Positions 10,576 to 20,561 of a stretch of 64,000 bases of DNA are shown here, in pieces. Position 1 is the first letter of the stretch, and each line of letters begins with the position of its first letter. The stretch is from a virus, in IMG/VR virus record IMGVR_UViG_3300036780_000209, positions 102,499-166,498 of that record; one strand, written 5' to 3'. The notes below the pieces were generated by a model that did no database searches, had not been told where the DNA came from, and was given only the letters and a program-made list of their open reading frames with translations. The position numbers were made by a program, and so were the translations under genes.

Positions 10576-10968
10576 ATGAAAAGATGGCCCGCCGTTCTCG
10601 GCGCTCCCGTGATCACCGGAGTCGCACTGGCAGTCGCCGGCATCCTCCGGAATGACCCCTGCGGCTGCAATTCCAACGGAGCCGCCGGGGCTCCTCTCAT
10701 CGCGGCCGGGGCAGTCCTGGCCGGGATCCCGCTGCTGGCCCTGATCACGGCCGCGATCATCGCGGTGATCCGGGAGGCTGCCCGTGATTACCGCCAGTAC
10801 CAGGCCTGGAAGGCCACGCTGAGTCCCGAGGCCCTGGGCCTGGTGAGGGTGGCCGAGGCCGCCGCGATCTTCGGGGGCACTGCCATTGCCCAGCATGAGC
10901 TGCGCAGGTGGGGCGACCGGGTGAACGCATCCGTGACCGAGACGCAGGTCAATGGATTCGGAGGCTGA
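10576..10968 (+). CDS. Membrane protein
   Basis: AGGAG RBS and two hydrophobic segments. Runs opposite to the tail operon. Confidence 0.6.
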   Translation: MKRWPAVLGAPVITGVALAVAGILRNDPCGCNSNGAAGAPLIAAGAVLAGIPLLALITAAIIAVIREAARDYRQYQAWKATLSPEALGLVRVAEAAAIFGGTAIAQHELRRWGDRVNASVTETQVNGFGG

Positions 10969-11302
10969 GGCCTTCCGGCTGCTGGTCATGGCCAGCAGGC
11001 GGTTCACCTCCGTGCCGATGATGCGCAGCGCGCTCTTCCGGCTGCAGGAGCCGGGCAGGCTCCTGACCGTGGTCCACAGCGGCAAGGAGGGCGGCGAGAC
11101 GATCGCGAGGCTCTGGGCGCTGGAGCGCCAGGCGCTCGGCGAGCTTGTCGGGGAGGAGGAATCCCCGCTTGAAACAGCAGTCGCGAGTGCCGATCATGCT
11201 CTCATCGGGCTTGTGGCCACGGCTAAGAACAAGGGCACTCGCGACTGCTTCCAGCAGGTCAGGGCCGCAGGGATTCCCTGGGCCTTGATCATCCAGCGCT
11301 AG
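10952..11302 (+). CDS. Hypothetical protein
   Basis: 116-aa ORF overlapping the previous gene and converging on the LysM gene. Confidence 0.55.
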   Translation: MDSEAEAFRLLVMASRRFTSVPMMRSALFRLQEPGRLLTVVHSGKEGGETIARLWALERQALGELVGEEESPLETAVASADHALIGLVATAKNKGTRDCFQQVRAAGIPWALIIQR

Positions 11303-12555
11303 CCGCCGGCTCCCCTGACCTTGAAGAACCGGTGGTACGCGGTAGCCCAGATGCGGACGGTGCCCACCCGGGTGCCCCGGTCATGAGCGCCGAAGGTGTA
11401 CCGGACCGTCCCGTCATGGGCATAGGCCACGAACTCCATGTGAAACTCGCTGCCGGACGGACCCCAGACCACGACATCGCCCCGGTGCGCCTGATTCTCG
11501 CGAATCTGGATCAGGTTGTGCTTGACCATGTCCGCCACGGTGCGGTACATGCTGATCCCCATGGCCTTGTAGGCCATCATGACGGCTCCCGAGCAGTCGT
11601 AGCCATCCTGGCAGGGACCGGTACCGCCCCACTCGTACCAGCAGCCGCTCTCGTGCTCCTTGGCCCAGTTGAAGGCCCCGATGCTCTTATCAGGCACGTG
11701 AGAGGGCGGGGGGTTGAAGTCCGGGTGGTGGTGGGCGTAGTCAGCCAGGAGGAATGCCCTCGTCACGCTGGCCGTGCCGCCCGCGCAGCCGTCCCCGTCC
11801 CAGGGGGAGGTTCCGGCCTCGGCGTAGAGCTTGCTGAATCCCTCGTCCTGGACGCTGACGGGAGCGTAGGAAGCTCCCTGGGGGTATCCCAGGCCCAGGC
11901 CCTGCCAGGTGGACAGGAGGAAGCCGAAGAGCCCCTCGGCCACCGAGTCGTAAGGCGGGGGCATCGAGCCGTCCGTGTGGCCGGGGTACCAGGCCGTGGG
12001 GACCCCGCCGGACTCGTGCTCGATCACGCAGGCCTCGAAGCTCCCGGCAGGAGCGCCGCTGCCGCCGCCGGAAGGCGGAGGCGGGGCTGTCACCGGGGCT
12101 GAGGGCGCTGCGGGCGCTGAGGGCGCGGGAGCAGAGATCTGCGGCGGGGCGGGGATGGTCCCGGTGAATCTCGGGACGATAAGCTGCCATCCTGCCACGA
12201 CCACGGAAGGATTCGCGATCAGCTTCTGGTTGGCCTGGTACAGGAGGGTCCAGGCGTCGGCCCGGCCGTAGAGCCTCGCCGCGATCGAGGCGAGCGAGTC
12301 GCCGGGCCGGACGGTGTAGGTCGCGGCAGCCGGGGTACCGGAAGTAGCAGGAGGAGTGAACCGGCGGGCCGGAACGCGAGAGGAGAGCCGCAGCGAGGGG
12401 GCAGCGGGGGCAGCAGGCCGAGCGCCTGCCAGGTTGGCCGCTAGCGCAGGGTGCCCGGCGCTGGCGGGTGATCCGAAGGGGGAGAAGAACACGAGTACGG
12501 CAGCCAGCATGCAAAAAGCCAGGATAAGGCTCCTGGCCCGCAGGGTGGAAGACAT
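11299..12555 (-). CDS. Secreted peptidoglycan hydrolase: LysM + Rpf/transglycosylase-like + NlpC/P60
   Basis: Signal peptide, YTVRPGDSLASIA (LysM), ACVIEHESGG...GLFGFLLSTW (Rpf/SceD-like) and YEWGGTGP..YDCSG...HM (NlpC/P60). Confidence 0.85.
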   Translation of the reverse strand: MSSTLRARSLILAFCMLAAVLVFFSPFGSPASAGHPALAANLAGARPAAPAAPSLRLSSRVPARRFTPPATSGTPAAATYTVRPGDSLASIAARLYGRADAWTLLYQANQKLIANPSVVVAGWQLIVPRFTGTIPAPPQISAPAPSAPAAPSAPVTAPPPPSGGGSGAPAGSFEACVIEHESGGVPTAWYPGHTDGSMPPPYDSVAEGLFGFLLSTWQGLGLGYPQGASYAPVSVQDEGFSKLYAEAGTSPWDGDGCAGGTASVTRAFLLADYAHHHPDFNPPPSHVPDKSIGAFNWAKEHESGCWYEWGGTGPCQDGYDCSGAVMMAYKAMGISMYRTVADMVKHNLIQIRENQAHRGDVVVWGPSGSEFHMEFVAYAHDGTVRYTFGAHDRGTRVGTVRIWATAYHRFFKVRGAGG

Positions 12556-12716
12556 AGTGCTCCAGACCTGGAAGGTACGCCCGGAGCGCAGGGGAGTCTG
12601 GGGGCAGGCTCCCGGGGGTGGCGCTCTGGCGTCGGTAAAACGGAAACGTAACACGCGGGTCACGCCTTGTCCCGTATTCCGCCAGGAGCACCGTACTACA
12701 AGGTTCGTTGTAATGT

Positions 12717-15098
12717 CTAGCGGCTGGCCTGCGCCGCCCAGGCGTTGGCGGGGATCGTTCCCATCGCCGCCGAGGTGTCGTAACTGCCCGGGAGCAGCTT
12801 AAGGAGCTGCCTGGCCTCGCTGGACAGGGTCACCATGTACGAGGCCCCGCCCGCCTGGCCGTGCCCTGGCGTCGCGCTGAATCCAGGGTGCTGCTTGACC
12901 CACTTTGCCCAAGACAGGCCCTGATTCGCGCCGGCCTTCTGTCCCATCTCCGCCGAGGTGGATACCGACGGGTCCACCAGCCCGTGGGTGAGGGCGCTGG
13001 TGTTGCCGAGAACCTTGCCCTTGGAGTCGTAGAACTCGACGTTGCCCGCCATCAGCTCGTCAGGGTAGAACTTCATGGCCGCCGAGAGGGACATCACCCG
13101 GGGGCCGCTGCGGGTCAGCACGCGCACCTGGTCGCTGCTGCTGGCATTCTGCAGGAGGGCCTCCAGCACCGGGCTCCGCTGCTTGCTCTTGCGCACTTCC
13201 GACAGGTAGGCACTCGCCGCCTGGGACCCCCCGGCTGCGCCCCGGAGGGTGGCCTGCCACCCGGACCCGGTCGCCAGTCCGTACTTACCGGTCGCGGCAG
13301 TGGGAGAGCCACCCATGCCGGTGGGCTGGGCACTGCCCCCCTGGTTGCGCGCCGCCTGAGCCTCATTCTGGCCGCCGACCTGGTGGACAATCCACTGCAT
13401 GACATTCTGCGGATTGACCGGCGCTCCGGTCTGCGAGGAAATGACGGAAGCCCACACGTTCAGGTTGATGTTGTCGGGGACCTGGTAGACGTTAAGGAAC
13501 TGGTTGGCAATCTGGTCCACCAGGTCAGGCGTCAGGTTACCGCCCGCCGCGCCGATCATCTGCTTGAGGCCGGCCAGCTCCTGCGGTGTCATGATCTGCT
13601 GGATGACCGACATGTTCTGGCCTGACTGCATGGTCAGGACCGCACTCGGGTTCGTGCGCGAGAGGTACTGGTACTGAGCCGGGGTGATGCCGTACTGGCC
13701 AGAGGTAATGATCTGCTGCTGGTAAGAGAATTCCCCGCCGAAGTTAGCCCCGGCGAACTGCTTCCCGTAAGAGGCCTGCATCTGGGCAAGCCCTCCCGCA
13801 AGGCCGACGGCCCCCGGGCCAGCGCCCTGCTGCAATGCGGACTGGAAATAGCTCTGGAAAGCCTGGCGCGCATTATTCGCATTATCCCCGGCCCGGCCGG
13901 CCACGTCGCTCAGGGAGGTGATGGACCCGGAAAGCTGGTCAAGCGAAATGGTCGAGTTCTGGACAGCAGTCTGCAGGATGGAGGTGGACTGGTTAACGTC
14001 CATCCCGTTAGCGGTGAAGTTGTGGTAGACGAAGTCCAGCGCCGACTGGCGGTTCTGCATCTGGCCCGACTGGCTGGTGTCCCGGCGGCCGAAGCCGAGG
14101 GCAGTGACATCGCCGAACGACTCACCTGCCGCCTGGGGCGTCATGGCGCTCCACATCATGGAGGTCTCGTAGAGCTTCTCGTGCAGCCGCTCCGCCTGGG
14201 CTTCGAGGTTGGAGCCGCCCTCGATCTGCTGGTACGGCCGGGCCGCCTCGCGCTGATTGCGGAGCCAGCCGGGGACGCCGCCGCCGCCGACTCCCGCGAT
14301 GTCCGCGAGGAGCCCCACGCCCGGGATGCTCTTGAGAGCGCCGAGGACGCCACCGCCCGGGCTGCTGCCCATGGCCACCCGTGCGCCGAACTGCTGGACC
14401 GCCGCCAGGACTCCCGGGTTCAGGTTCGGGTAGCGCTGCGTCAGGACCCCGGCGAGGCCGGTGTAACCTCCGGTCGGCGGGGGGATAGGACCGCCGGGAG
14501 GCGCGGAGGGAGTTGTCCCGCCGCCGCCGCCTCCCGGAGGCGTGGCCGGCGCTCCGCCCAGGGCGGTATAGGCAGCGTTGTAGCTCATGCCGCCGCCGCC
14601 GGTACCGCCTCCGGCCCCGCCGCCGCCTGCGCCGGAAGCCTGCTGGATGAGCAGTGCGAGCTGGGACATGAGCTGGCTCGTCCCGGTGGTGCTCGTTGGG
14701 GTCCCGGCCGGCGTCCCGCCGCTGCCCGGCGAGGGAGCCGCAGGCTGGTAGAGCGGGACTCCGGCGACCCACTGGCCGATCCGCTGGGCGGCATAGGTCT
14801 GCAGGTTGCTCATCGAGGTGAGCGCTCCTGTAGGGCTCATCTGGGTGAGGCTGGCGTACCCGGGCATGCCGCCCTGGGAGGCCACCTGCTGGATGACGTT
14901 CTGCCGCATCTGGGGCTGGCCGCCCATGTTGTAGCGGAGCGAGGCGTTGATCGTCTGCTCCAGCATCTGGGTCTGGCGGCCGATCGTCCGCTCCAGGGAG
15001 CTGAGGCGGTCGATCATGACGCTGAATCCCTCGGCGAGCTGGAACCCCGCGTCCGGGTTGACATCCATGTCCGGGCGCGGAGGCGTCGGCATGGTCAT
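12717..15098 (-). CDS. Tape measure protein
   Basis: 793-aa Ala/Gln/Gly-rich ORF immediately after the frameshifted chaperone. Confidence 0.7.
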   Translation of the reverse strand: MTMPTPPRPDMDVNPDAGFQLAEGFSVMIDRLSSLERTIGRQTQMLEQTINASLRYNMGGQPQMRQNVIQQVASQGGMPGYASLTQMSPTGALTSMSNLQTYAAQRIGQWVAGVPLYQPAAPSPGSGGTPAGTPTSTTGTSQLMSQLALLIQQASGAGGGGAGGGTGGGGMSYNAAYTALGGAPATPPGGGGGGTTPSAPPGGPIPPPTGGYTGLAGVLTQRYPNLNPGVLAAVQQFGARVAMGSSPGGGVLGALKSIPGVGLLADIAGVGGGGVPGWLRNQREAARPYQQIEGGSNLEAQAERLHEKLYETSMMWSAMTPQAAGESFGDVTALGFGRRDTSQSGQMQNRQSALDFVYHNFTANGMDVNQSTSILQTAVQNSTISLDQLSGSITSLSDVAGRAGDNANNARQAFQSYFQSALQQGAGPGAVGLAGGLAQMQASYGKQFAGANFGGEFSYQQQIITSGQYGITPAQYQYLSRTNPSAVLTMQSGQNMSVIQQIMTPQELAGLKQMIGAAGGNLTPDLVDQIANQFLNVYQVPDNINLNVWASVISSQTGAPVNPQNVMQWIVHQVGGQNEAQAARNQGGSAQPTGMGGSPTAATGKYGLATGSGWQATLRGAAGGSQAASAYLSEVRKSKQRSPVLEALLQNASSSDQVRVLTRSGPRVMSLSAAMKFYPDELMAGNVEFYDSKGKVLGNTSALTHGLVDPSVSTSAEMGQKAGANQGLSWAKWVKQHPGFSATPGHGQAGGASYMVTLSSEARQLLKLLPGSYDTSAAMGTIPANAWAAQASR

Positions 15099-15123
15099 GT
15101 CGTTCCTCCTACCCTTCCAGGCT

Positions 15124-15552
15124 CTACATCCATTCCAGGTCGCCCGCCGGGGTCACCCCGGGACCAGGGGGCACCGGCTCCTCCGGCAGCGTGATGTACT
15201 CGTTGGCGCTCATCAGGGCGGCCAGGTCCTCCTGGACTGAGCCCGGGGTAGCCTCTTCCCACTCGAAGTCCGTCATGTCCGCGCCGGCAACCGGGAACGC
15301 CTCTTCCTCAGGCTTGCGGAAGTAATCGGGCCAGGCGTCAGCCAGCTCGATCTTGCCCGAGAGCACGGCTGCGAGCCGGGCCGGCTCCTGCGCCTGGCGG
15401 GCCGCCTTCATGCCGTCCAGGAAGTACAGGATCTCCAGGGCGGCTTCCTGGGCTACGGAGAGGGAACGCCCCCGGAGGAGCCCTCTGCGGTCAGCGAGCC
15501 GAAGCTGGCGCTCGATCCAGGGGTCGCATCCTTCGGGGCTGAGTCTTTTCCC
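15124..15552 (-). CDS. Tail assembly chaperone, -1 frameshift extension
   Basis: Overlapping frame entered at the slippery G GGA AAA (15546-15552) and running to ...DLEWM*. Confidence 0.75.
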   Translation of the reverse strand, partial: GKRLSPEGCDPWIERQLRLADRRGLLRGRSLSVAQEAALEILYFLDGMKAARQAQEPARLAAVLSGKIELADAWPDYFRKPEEEAFPVAGADMTDFEWEEATPGSVQEDLAALMSANEYITLPEEPVPPGPGVTPAGDLEWM

Positions 15553-16004
15553 AGCTCGGCCACCACCTGCCGGGCGCGCAGCTCCAGCTCCAGGTAGCGG
15601 TTGTAGATGATGTCGATGGTGGTCGGGTACCAGCGGCGGGCATAGCGGAACCGCTCGATCGCCTGCTGCATCGCCCCGCCGGTATCGCCCAGCGGCATCG
15701 GCATCGGCTGGTCGTCGATGCTGACCACCGCCAGGGCAGCCAGGGCCGTGGCATAGGCCCGGGCCGCGCCGATGGTGGGGTCCCACTCCTTGACGAGGGA
15801 GGCCACGATCAGCTCCTCGTCGGTAGTGAGGGTCCTCAGCGTGATGCGATGGCCGACCCACTCGAATGTCCCGCTGAGGTAGCCGATCATCAGCAGGCCG
15901 CTGAGGTCAGCCCGCCAGTCGGCGGGCTGCTCCCCGAAGGTCATCGGCTCCCCCATGGCCAGGGGAGTCGTGGCTCCGGGGAACTCGGCCTCAGCCGTCG
16001 TCAC
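15453..16004 (-). CDS. Tail assembly chaperone (short form)
   Basis: Lies between tube and tape measure and carries GGGAAAA near its 3' end. Confidence 0.78.
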   Translation of the reverse strand: MTTAEAEFPGATTPLAMGEPMTFGEQPADWRADLSGLLMIGYLSGTFEWVGHRITLRTLTTDEELIVASLVKEWDPTIGAARAYATALAALAVVSIDDQPMPMPLGDTGGAMQQAIERFRYARRWYPTTIDIIYNRYLELELRARQVVAELGKDSAPKDATPGSSASFGSLTAEGSSGGVPSP

Positions 16005-16155
16005 GGGCAGCCTTGCTCTCGTCCTCGGGCACCTTGATGTCCAGGCCGGCCGACGGGCTGAACGACAGCCTTACCTCCTGGCCGCCATGGCGGACTACGC
16101 AGACGACGGCGTCGCCCTCGGTGAAGACATCCACCTTGACGTTGACATGGCTCAC
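15991..16155 (-). CDS. Small hypothetical protein (54 aa)
   Basis: Hand translation VSHVNVKVDVFTEG..., with a GTGA overlap to the upstream ORF. Confidence 0.45.
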   Translation of the reverse strand: MSHVNVKVDVFTEGDAVVCVVRHGGQEVRLSFSPSAGLDIKVPEDESKAARDDG

Positions 16156-16307
16156 AGCGGGGTCCTCCACCTGACCATTGACTCCTGGATGCGGAACGGG
16201 TCGGGCTCAGGCGCAAGCTCCGGCGGGTCCGTGACGCTGACCGCTACCGACGCCGAGGCGGTATTGCCGTCGGCGTCGGTAGCGGTAGCGTCGATGACGA
16301 GGATCAT
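16152..16307 (-). CDS. Small hypothetical protein (51 aa) resembling the Ig-like neighbour
   Basis: Hand translation MILVIDATATDADGNTASASVAVSV..., with an ATGA overlap. Confidence 0.5.
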   Translation of the reverse strand: MILVIDATATDADGNTASASVAVSVTDPPELAPEPDPFRIQESMVRWRTPL

Positions 16308-16624
16308 GCCGCCGGGGGCGTGCCGATCATGGCCGTGAAGACGGCGGTGCCGATGGGGCTGCCATCCTGCTCGGCATAGGTATCGCCGAAGCTGTCGGTG
16401 ACGGTGACGGCCATGACCTCCTGGGTCGTCTGGTTCACGCTGACCGTGGTGTCAGCGCTCACCGCCTGGCCCGAGGCGTCGGTTGCGGTTGCGGTGACCG
16501 TCAGCGAGACGACACTGGTCGAGCCGTCGCTGTAGGTCGCGGTCACGACGATGGTGTCGCCTACGTCGTAAGTGGTCTTGTCCGTGGCCAGCGAGAGCGT
16601 CGGCCCTGGGGTTGGCGTAGTCAA
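16304..16624 (-). CDS. Ig-like domain virion protein
   Basis: TDKTTYDVGDTIVVT...TATATDASG motif. TTG start after GGAGG. Confidence 0.65.
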   Translation of the reverse strand: MTTPTPGPTLSLATDKTTYDVGDTIVVTATYSDGSTSVVSLTVTATATDASGQAVSADTTVSVNQTTQEVMAVTVTDSFGDTYAEQDGSPIGTAVFTAMIGTPPAA

Positions 16625-16656
16625 GGGGTGAATCCCTCCGTGCGGAAGCTGCCTTC

Positions 16657-17004
16657 CTAACTTCCGGGGGCAGGAGCGGCTCCCGACTGGCGAGCAGCCC
16701 AGGCCCGCAGTGCGGCACCGGAGATCCGGCCGCGCTCTCCGCACGGTATCCCCTGATCCCGGGCAAAGGCCCGGATGGCAGCCGACTCGGCCGCCGGGGT
16801 CCGCTTCCTCCTGGCCTTCTGCTTGCGCTTGCGCCCGGCGGTCACGTAGGCATAGAACCGGTCCCGCATCTCCCGGTAATGCAGCTCGGTGAGGTCAATC
16901 TCGTAATCCTCACCGTCAAAGCTGAACAATACGGTACAGTCCGCCACCAGCTCCGGATTAAGGTCATCCTTACGAGTAACGGCAACTTCCTGGACCACCG
17001 GCAT
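16657..17004 (-). CDS. lsr2: Lsr2-like nucleoid-associated protein
   Basis: DDL...TVLFSFDGEDYEIDL dimerisation domain and AIRAFA..G....RGRI AT-hook. Confidence 0.9.
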   Translation of the reverse strand: MPVVQEVAVTRKDDLNPELVADCTVLFSFDGEDYEIDLTELHYREMRDRFYAYVTAGRKRKQKARRKRTPAAESAAIRAFARDQGIPCGERGRISGAALRAWAARQSGAAPAPGS

Positions 17005-17062
17005 TTACCTCCTCCGTGACATTACCCAGGTAATCCACGGATCATATCACAGGAAATGAAAG

Positions 17063-17590
17063 TCAGTTATTACCGGAGAACTTGTTGTTGTTCAGCGGAA
17101 GCCAGTGCGTATACGCGACGGTGATTCCCTTGGTGACGGCAAGCGCCCCGACGGTGATCGTGTCACCGTCATTGATATCGACGACCTGAACGTTCTGGTA
17201 GAGCTTTCCCCTCCACCGGCTCGGGGTGTTCGCGGTGCCCGGTGGCTTGATGATGAGCGAGGCCGTGACGTAGTTCGGGTTGGCGGCGAGGGCCGTGAAC
17301 ACATCCACGATGTTCCAGGTACCCGCCAGGCCCGCGAGCTGCCACCAGACCGGCTGGTTCCACAGCTCGCGGATGGTGAGCATCAGCGTGCCGCCGGCCA
17401 AGACGCGGGACGTGGCAATCTCCACGGGGTGCTCCGCGCCGATCGGCTGGATGAACTGATAGGGCTGCCCGATATCGGAGAATGCGCGCTGCCCCGAGTC
17501 CTCCCAGCCCTCGCAGAATGCGATGGGCTGGTGATTGTAGGAGAGAACCGTGTAGCCGCTGCCGACTACGCGGACCTGGGTAGTAGCCAT
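17063..17590 (-). CDS. Tail tube protein
   Basis: 175 aa directly after the sheath gene. Confidence 0.78.
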   Translation of the reverse strand: MATTQVRVVGSGYTVLSYNHQPIAFCEGWEDSGQRAFSDIGQPYQFIQPIGAEHPVEIATSRVLAGGTLMLTIRELWNQPVWWQLAGLAGTWNIVDVFTALAANPNYVTASLIIKPPGTANTPSRWRGKLYQNVQVVDINDGDTITVGALAVTKGITVAYTHWLPLNNNKFSGNN

Positions 17591-17603
17591 TTCTCATTCC
17601 CTC

Positions 17604-19133
17604 TCAGGGAGACAGGGCATTCTGCGCAGACTGCGTCGTCACGGTGCCGGTGTTGAGGTTGAGCGAGTACTGCACCTGGATGTAGTTCATCGGGATGAAC
17701 GGCATGTATTCGAAGGTGCAGGACAAGATGGTCGGATCGCCGGACGGCGGGGCCTGCTGCACGACTGTCACGTTCGTGTAGTCCGAGATGACCCCCTGGG
17801 TGATGGCCTGCTCCAGGATCGAGGTGAGGGCCGCCTGAACGGTGGCTACCGAGGTCGTCGCGATCGGGGACCCGATCAGGCCCGAGGAGGTGAAGCCCTG
17901 GGTCACCAGGAGGGCGAGGATGTCGCCCTGGCGGACCATGGAGATCTCCCGGTCGTTCAGGGTGTCCATGTCCGTGGTCAGGCCCTGGCGGACCACCAGG
18001 ACACCGTCCCAGCGCCGGAAGACGATGCATGCGCCCGAGCTGGCCAGGGAGTTCATGAAGCTCTGGGTCATGTTGGTGATCTCAAGCTGGGTGAGGCCGC
18101 CGAAACCGGACAAGGTCTGCTGGGTCAGGCCCGTGCTGATCGGGAGGGTGGACAGGATCGCGCCCAGGGCGACCGCGAGATAGCAGCCACTGGCATTGAA
18201 GATCGCATTGGTGATCGAGTTGAAGCCGATCACGATCTCCGGGTAGGCCAGGACCAGCCGCCGGCTGGAGAGCAGGGCGCACAGGTTCGGGATGGGCTCG
18301 TCGTTCTCGGAGTAGTTGCGCGGCAGGCCGAAGAACCCGATGCGGGGATAGCCCGCGTTGCTCGCGTTGGTGCAGGCCAGGGCCAGGTCATTGGCCAGGT
18401 TGCCGGCGAAGGCCGCGACGGTGCCGCTCGGGGGGGTCAGGTCGTCACTGAAAACGGGCACCACGATGGTCGCGCTGACCAGGTTGGCGAGCTTGGCGTA
18501 AGCCGAGATGAACTGGGCTTCGAGGTTCCCGTCAGCCGGGTTGAGCGCCACGGTGTAGATCGTGTTGGCCTGGTTCGCGAAGGCGACCTGGGCGGCGTAG
18601 CTGAGCGGGTTGGCGACCTGGGTAGCGTTCGGCGTCGTCGGGATGGAGGAGACGAACGGGCTGCCATAGGCGTTCAGCACGGACTGGTAGTCGGTGAAAA
18701 CCTGCGGCTGGTAGTAGGTGATGTCCGCGTAGTTGTACCGGACGGTGACCTGCTGCCCCTCGGTGACGTTCGGGCTGGTGTTGACCCGGAGCACCGAGGT
18801 GATCGCCAGGGCGCTGTTGCCGGACGGGTCCGGGGTCACGGTCAGGGAGTAATCCACCCCCGAGGTCAGGATCGTTCCGGCCACGTTGGTCACCACGGGA
18901 GCGCCGATGGCCGGAGGGCCGGTCACCGCCGTGGTGAACACCCCGCCGAAGGTGAGCTGGGTGGGCACGGTGGAGGAGATCAGGAAGGACTGGACGGCCG
19001 ACCGGAATCCCAGGGCCGGCCCGCAGATGGCAAGCACCTGCTGCGGCACGCCCGTGCTCGTGATCACGGGCACCGTGGTGTTCGTGACGTAGACGCCCGG
19101 AGCCTGGTACGTCGTGAAGGTCGTGACGGTCAT
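17604..19133 (-). CDS. Tail sheath protein
   Basis: N-terminal YQAPGVY and C-terminal QGLTT...EISMVRQ and Y.P.IPMNYI motifs. Confidence 0.9.
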   Translation of the reverse strand: MTVTTFTTYQAPGVYVTNTTVPVITSTGVPQQVLAICGPALGFRSAVQSFLISSTVPTQLTFGGVFTTAVTGPPAIGAPVVTNVAGTILTSGVDYSLTVTPDPSGNSALAITSVLRVNTSPNVTEGQQVTVRYNYADITYYQPQVFTDYQSVLNAYGSPFVSSIPTTPNATQVANPLSYAAQVAFANQANTIYTVALNPADGNLEAQFISAYAKLANLVSATIVVPVFSDDLTPPSGTVAAFAGNLANDLALACTNASNAGYPRIGFFGLPRNYSENDEPIPNLCALLSSRRLVLAYPEIVIGFNSITNAIFNASGCYLAVALGAILSTLPISTGLTQQTLSGFGGLTQLEITNMTQSFMNSLASSGACIVFRRWDGVLVVRQGLTTDMDTLNDREISMVRQGDILALLVTQGFTSSGLIGSPIATTSVATVQAALTSILEQAITQGVISDYTNVTVVQQAPPSGDPTILSCTFEYMPFIPMNYIQVQYSLNLNTGTVTTQSAQNALSP

Positions 19134-19169
19134 GCAGACGCCTCCCTGGTGGTCACTCCTTCCAGGGAG

Positions 19170-19829
19170 CTACAGGCCGGAGGGCAGGCCAGGGGGGAAC
19201 TGCGGCGGCGTGGTTATCAGCGAGTTCGCGGCCGGGAATCCCTCGATGGTGGCGACCACCTGGATCTCGCGCAGATTGACCATCTCCACGGCGGCCGGGT
19301 CGGTCACGAACTCACCCAGAACCTGGATGGCCAGGCCGCGCTCGTAGATCACGTCGTCAGATCCCCAGGGGGTCCCCGGAGCGGCCTGCTCGCCCCGGGG
19401 CTCGATCGTGTCGTAGGACCAGTTCGTCGCGATCATGTCGTTGGCCTCGACGTACTGCCGGAACGGACTGGGGGCAACGGACTGGGCGGCGAAGGCGAGC
19501 ATGGCGATGACCTGGTCATAGATCAGGTCGCACTCGTTGCTGACGTTGAGGGCAGCGATGGTGAAGGACACGTGGCCGGTGAACCGCCAGCGGGTCAGCA
19601 GGTTGCCGGACAGGTCGAACTCGGTGTAGGCGATGCCCGCGATTTTCAGCTCGGCAGCCTCGTAGTTGACCCACACGGCAGGGTAGGCGGTCGGCACCTG
19701 GGGGTAATCCACGGAGCAGAAAACGGGCTGGGAGCCGCCCGCCGGGTCGGTCTCCGGGTAGGTGATCATGAACGCCGACTTGATGGCCTCGACGGCCGTC
19801 GTCTTGATCTCCCTCAGGTACCCGCTCAC
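19170..19829 (-). CDS. Neck/tail terminator-type protein
   Basis: 219 aa immediately upstream of the sheath gene. Assignment is by position. Confidence 0.6.
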   Translation of the reverse strand: MSGYLREIKTTAVEAIKSAFMITYPETDPAGGSQPVFCSVDYPQVPTAYPAVWVNYEAAELKIAGIAYTEFDLSGNLLTRWRFTGHVSFTIAALNVSNECDLIYDQVIAMLAFAAQSVAPSPFRQYVEANDMIATNWSYDTIEPRGEQAAPGTPWGSDDVIYERGLAIQVLGEFVTDPAAVEMVNLREIQVVATIEGFPAANSLITTPPQFPPGLPSGL

Positions 19830-19841
19830 ATATCTTCCGGG

Positions 19842-20561
19842 CTAGAAGCGAGCCCTCCAGAACTTGTCGGCCGCGTAGATGCGGACCGGGAGGATGCCGC
19901 CCTGCTGGGCGGCCCGGGTCATGGCGTGGTTCAGGAACTTCCGGGGGGCCAGGCCGGGGTGCCGCCAGCGGACGCCGATATTGCCCTGGGTAATGGCCCC
20001 CGGGGTCCGGCCCGGGGTGGTCCACGGCCGTGCTGCCTCCCGGCGGCCGAGCGGGCTGCCGATGTGCCCGGGTGCCCCGGGGTAGCTCATCGGCACGGTG
20101 TACTCTCTCACCTCGCCGGAGACCCTGGATACCTTGCGCACGGTCCGGCGCTGGCCGGACTTCGCGACCCGGCGGAAGATCAGGATCTGCGGCTTGCCGC
20201 TCAGGGTGACCCGGGTCTGTGCTTTCGGGTTCTTCTGCTGCAGCTCGCCCGCCGGGTCGTCCACCCACATGGGGATGGTCTTGCCCGCCAGGCTGAACAT
20301 GGTGAACGGCTGAATCCCGTTCTCCTGGAACCACACGTAGGAATCCTGGAAGCCGATCCCGAAATAGTCCTTGCCGTACAACGGGTAAAGGCGGCTGGCC
20401 GCCTGCCCGGTGAGCTTGGGCATGAGGTGCCTGGCTTCCCTGACGGCATTATTTGCCAGGCGGTGCGCACGCCCTCCTGAAATCCCGGAGACTATCATGA
20501 TGAGACGGTCGGGATTGGCCGAGATCTTCATCTCGGCGGTCTCACCCGCAAGAACGGTCAC
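19842..20561 (-). CDS. Basic neck-region protein
   Basis: Arg-rich, ending VRWRHPGLAPRKFLNHAM like HK97 gp10-type proteins. Confidence 0.6.
   Translation of the reverse strand: MTVLAGETAEMKISANPDRLIMIVSGISGGRAHRLANNAVREARHLMPKLTGQAASRLYPLYGKDYFGIGFQDSYVWFQENGIQPFTMFSLAGKTIPMWVDDPAGELQQKNPKAQTRVTLSGKPQILIFRRVAKSGQRRTVRKVSRVSGEVREYTVPMSYPGAPGHIGSPLGRREAARPWTTPGRTPGAITQGNIGVRWRHPGLAPRKFLNHAMTRAAQQGGILPVRIYAADKFWRARF

Noticed and set aside
12556-12716. c-di-AMP (ydaO) riboswitch before the Rpf-like gene
   Set aside because: Consensus motifs are not recognisable.
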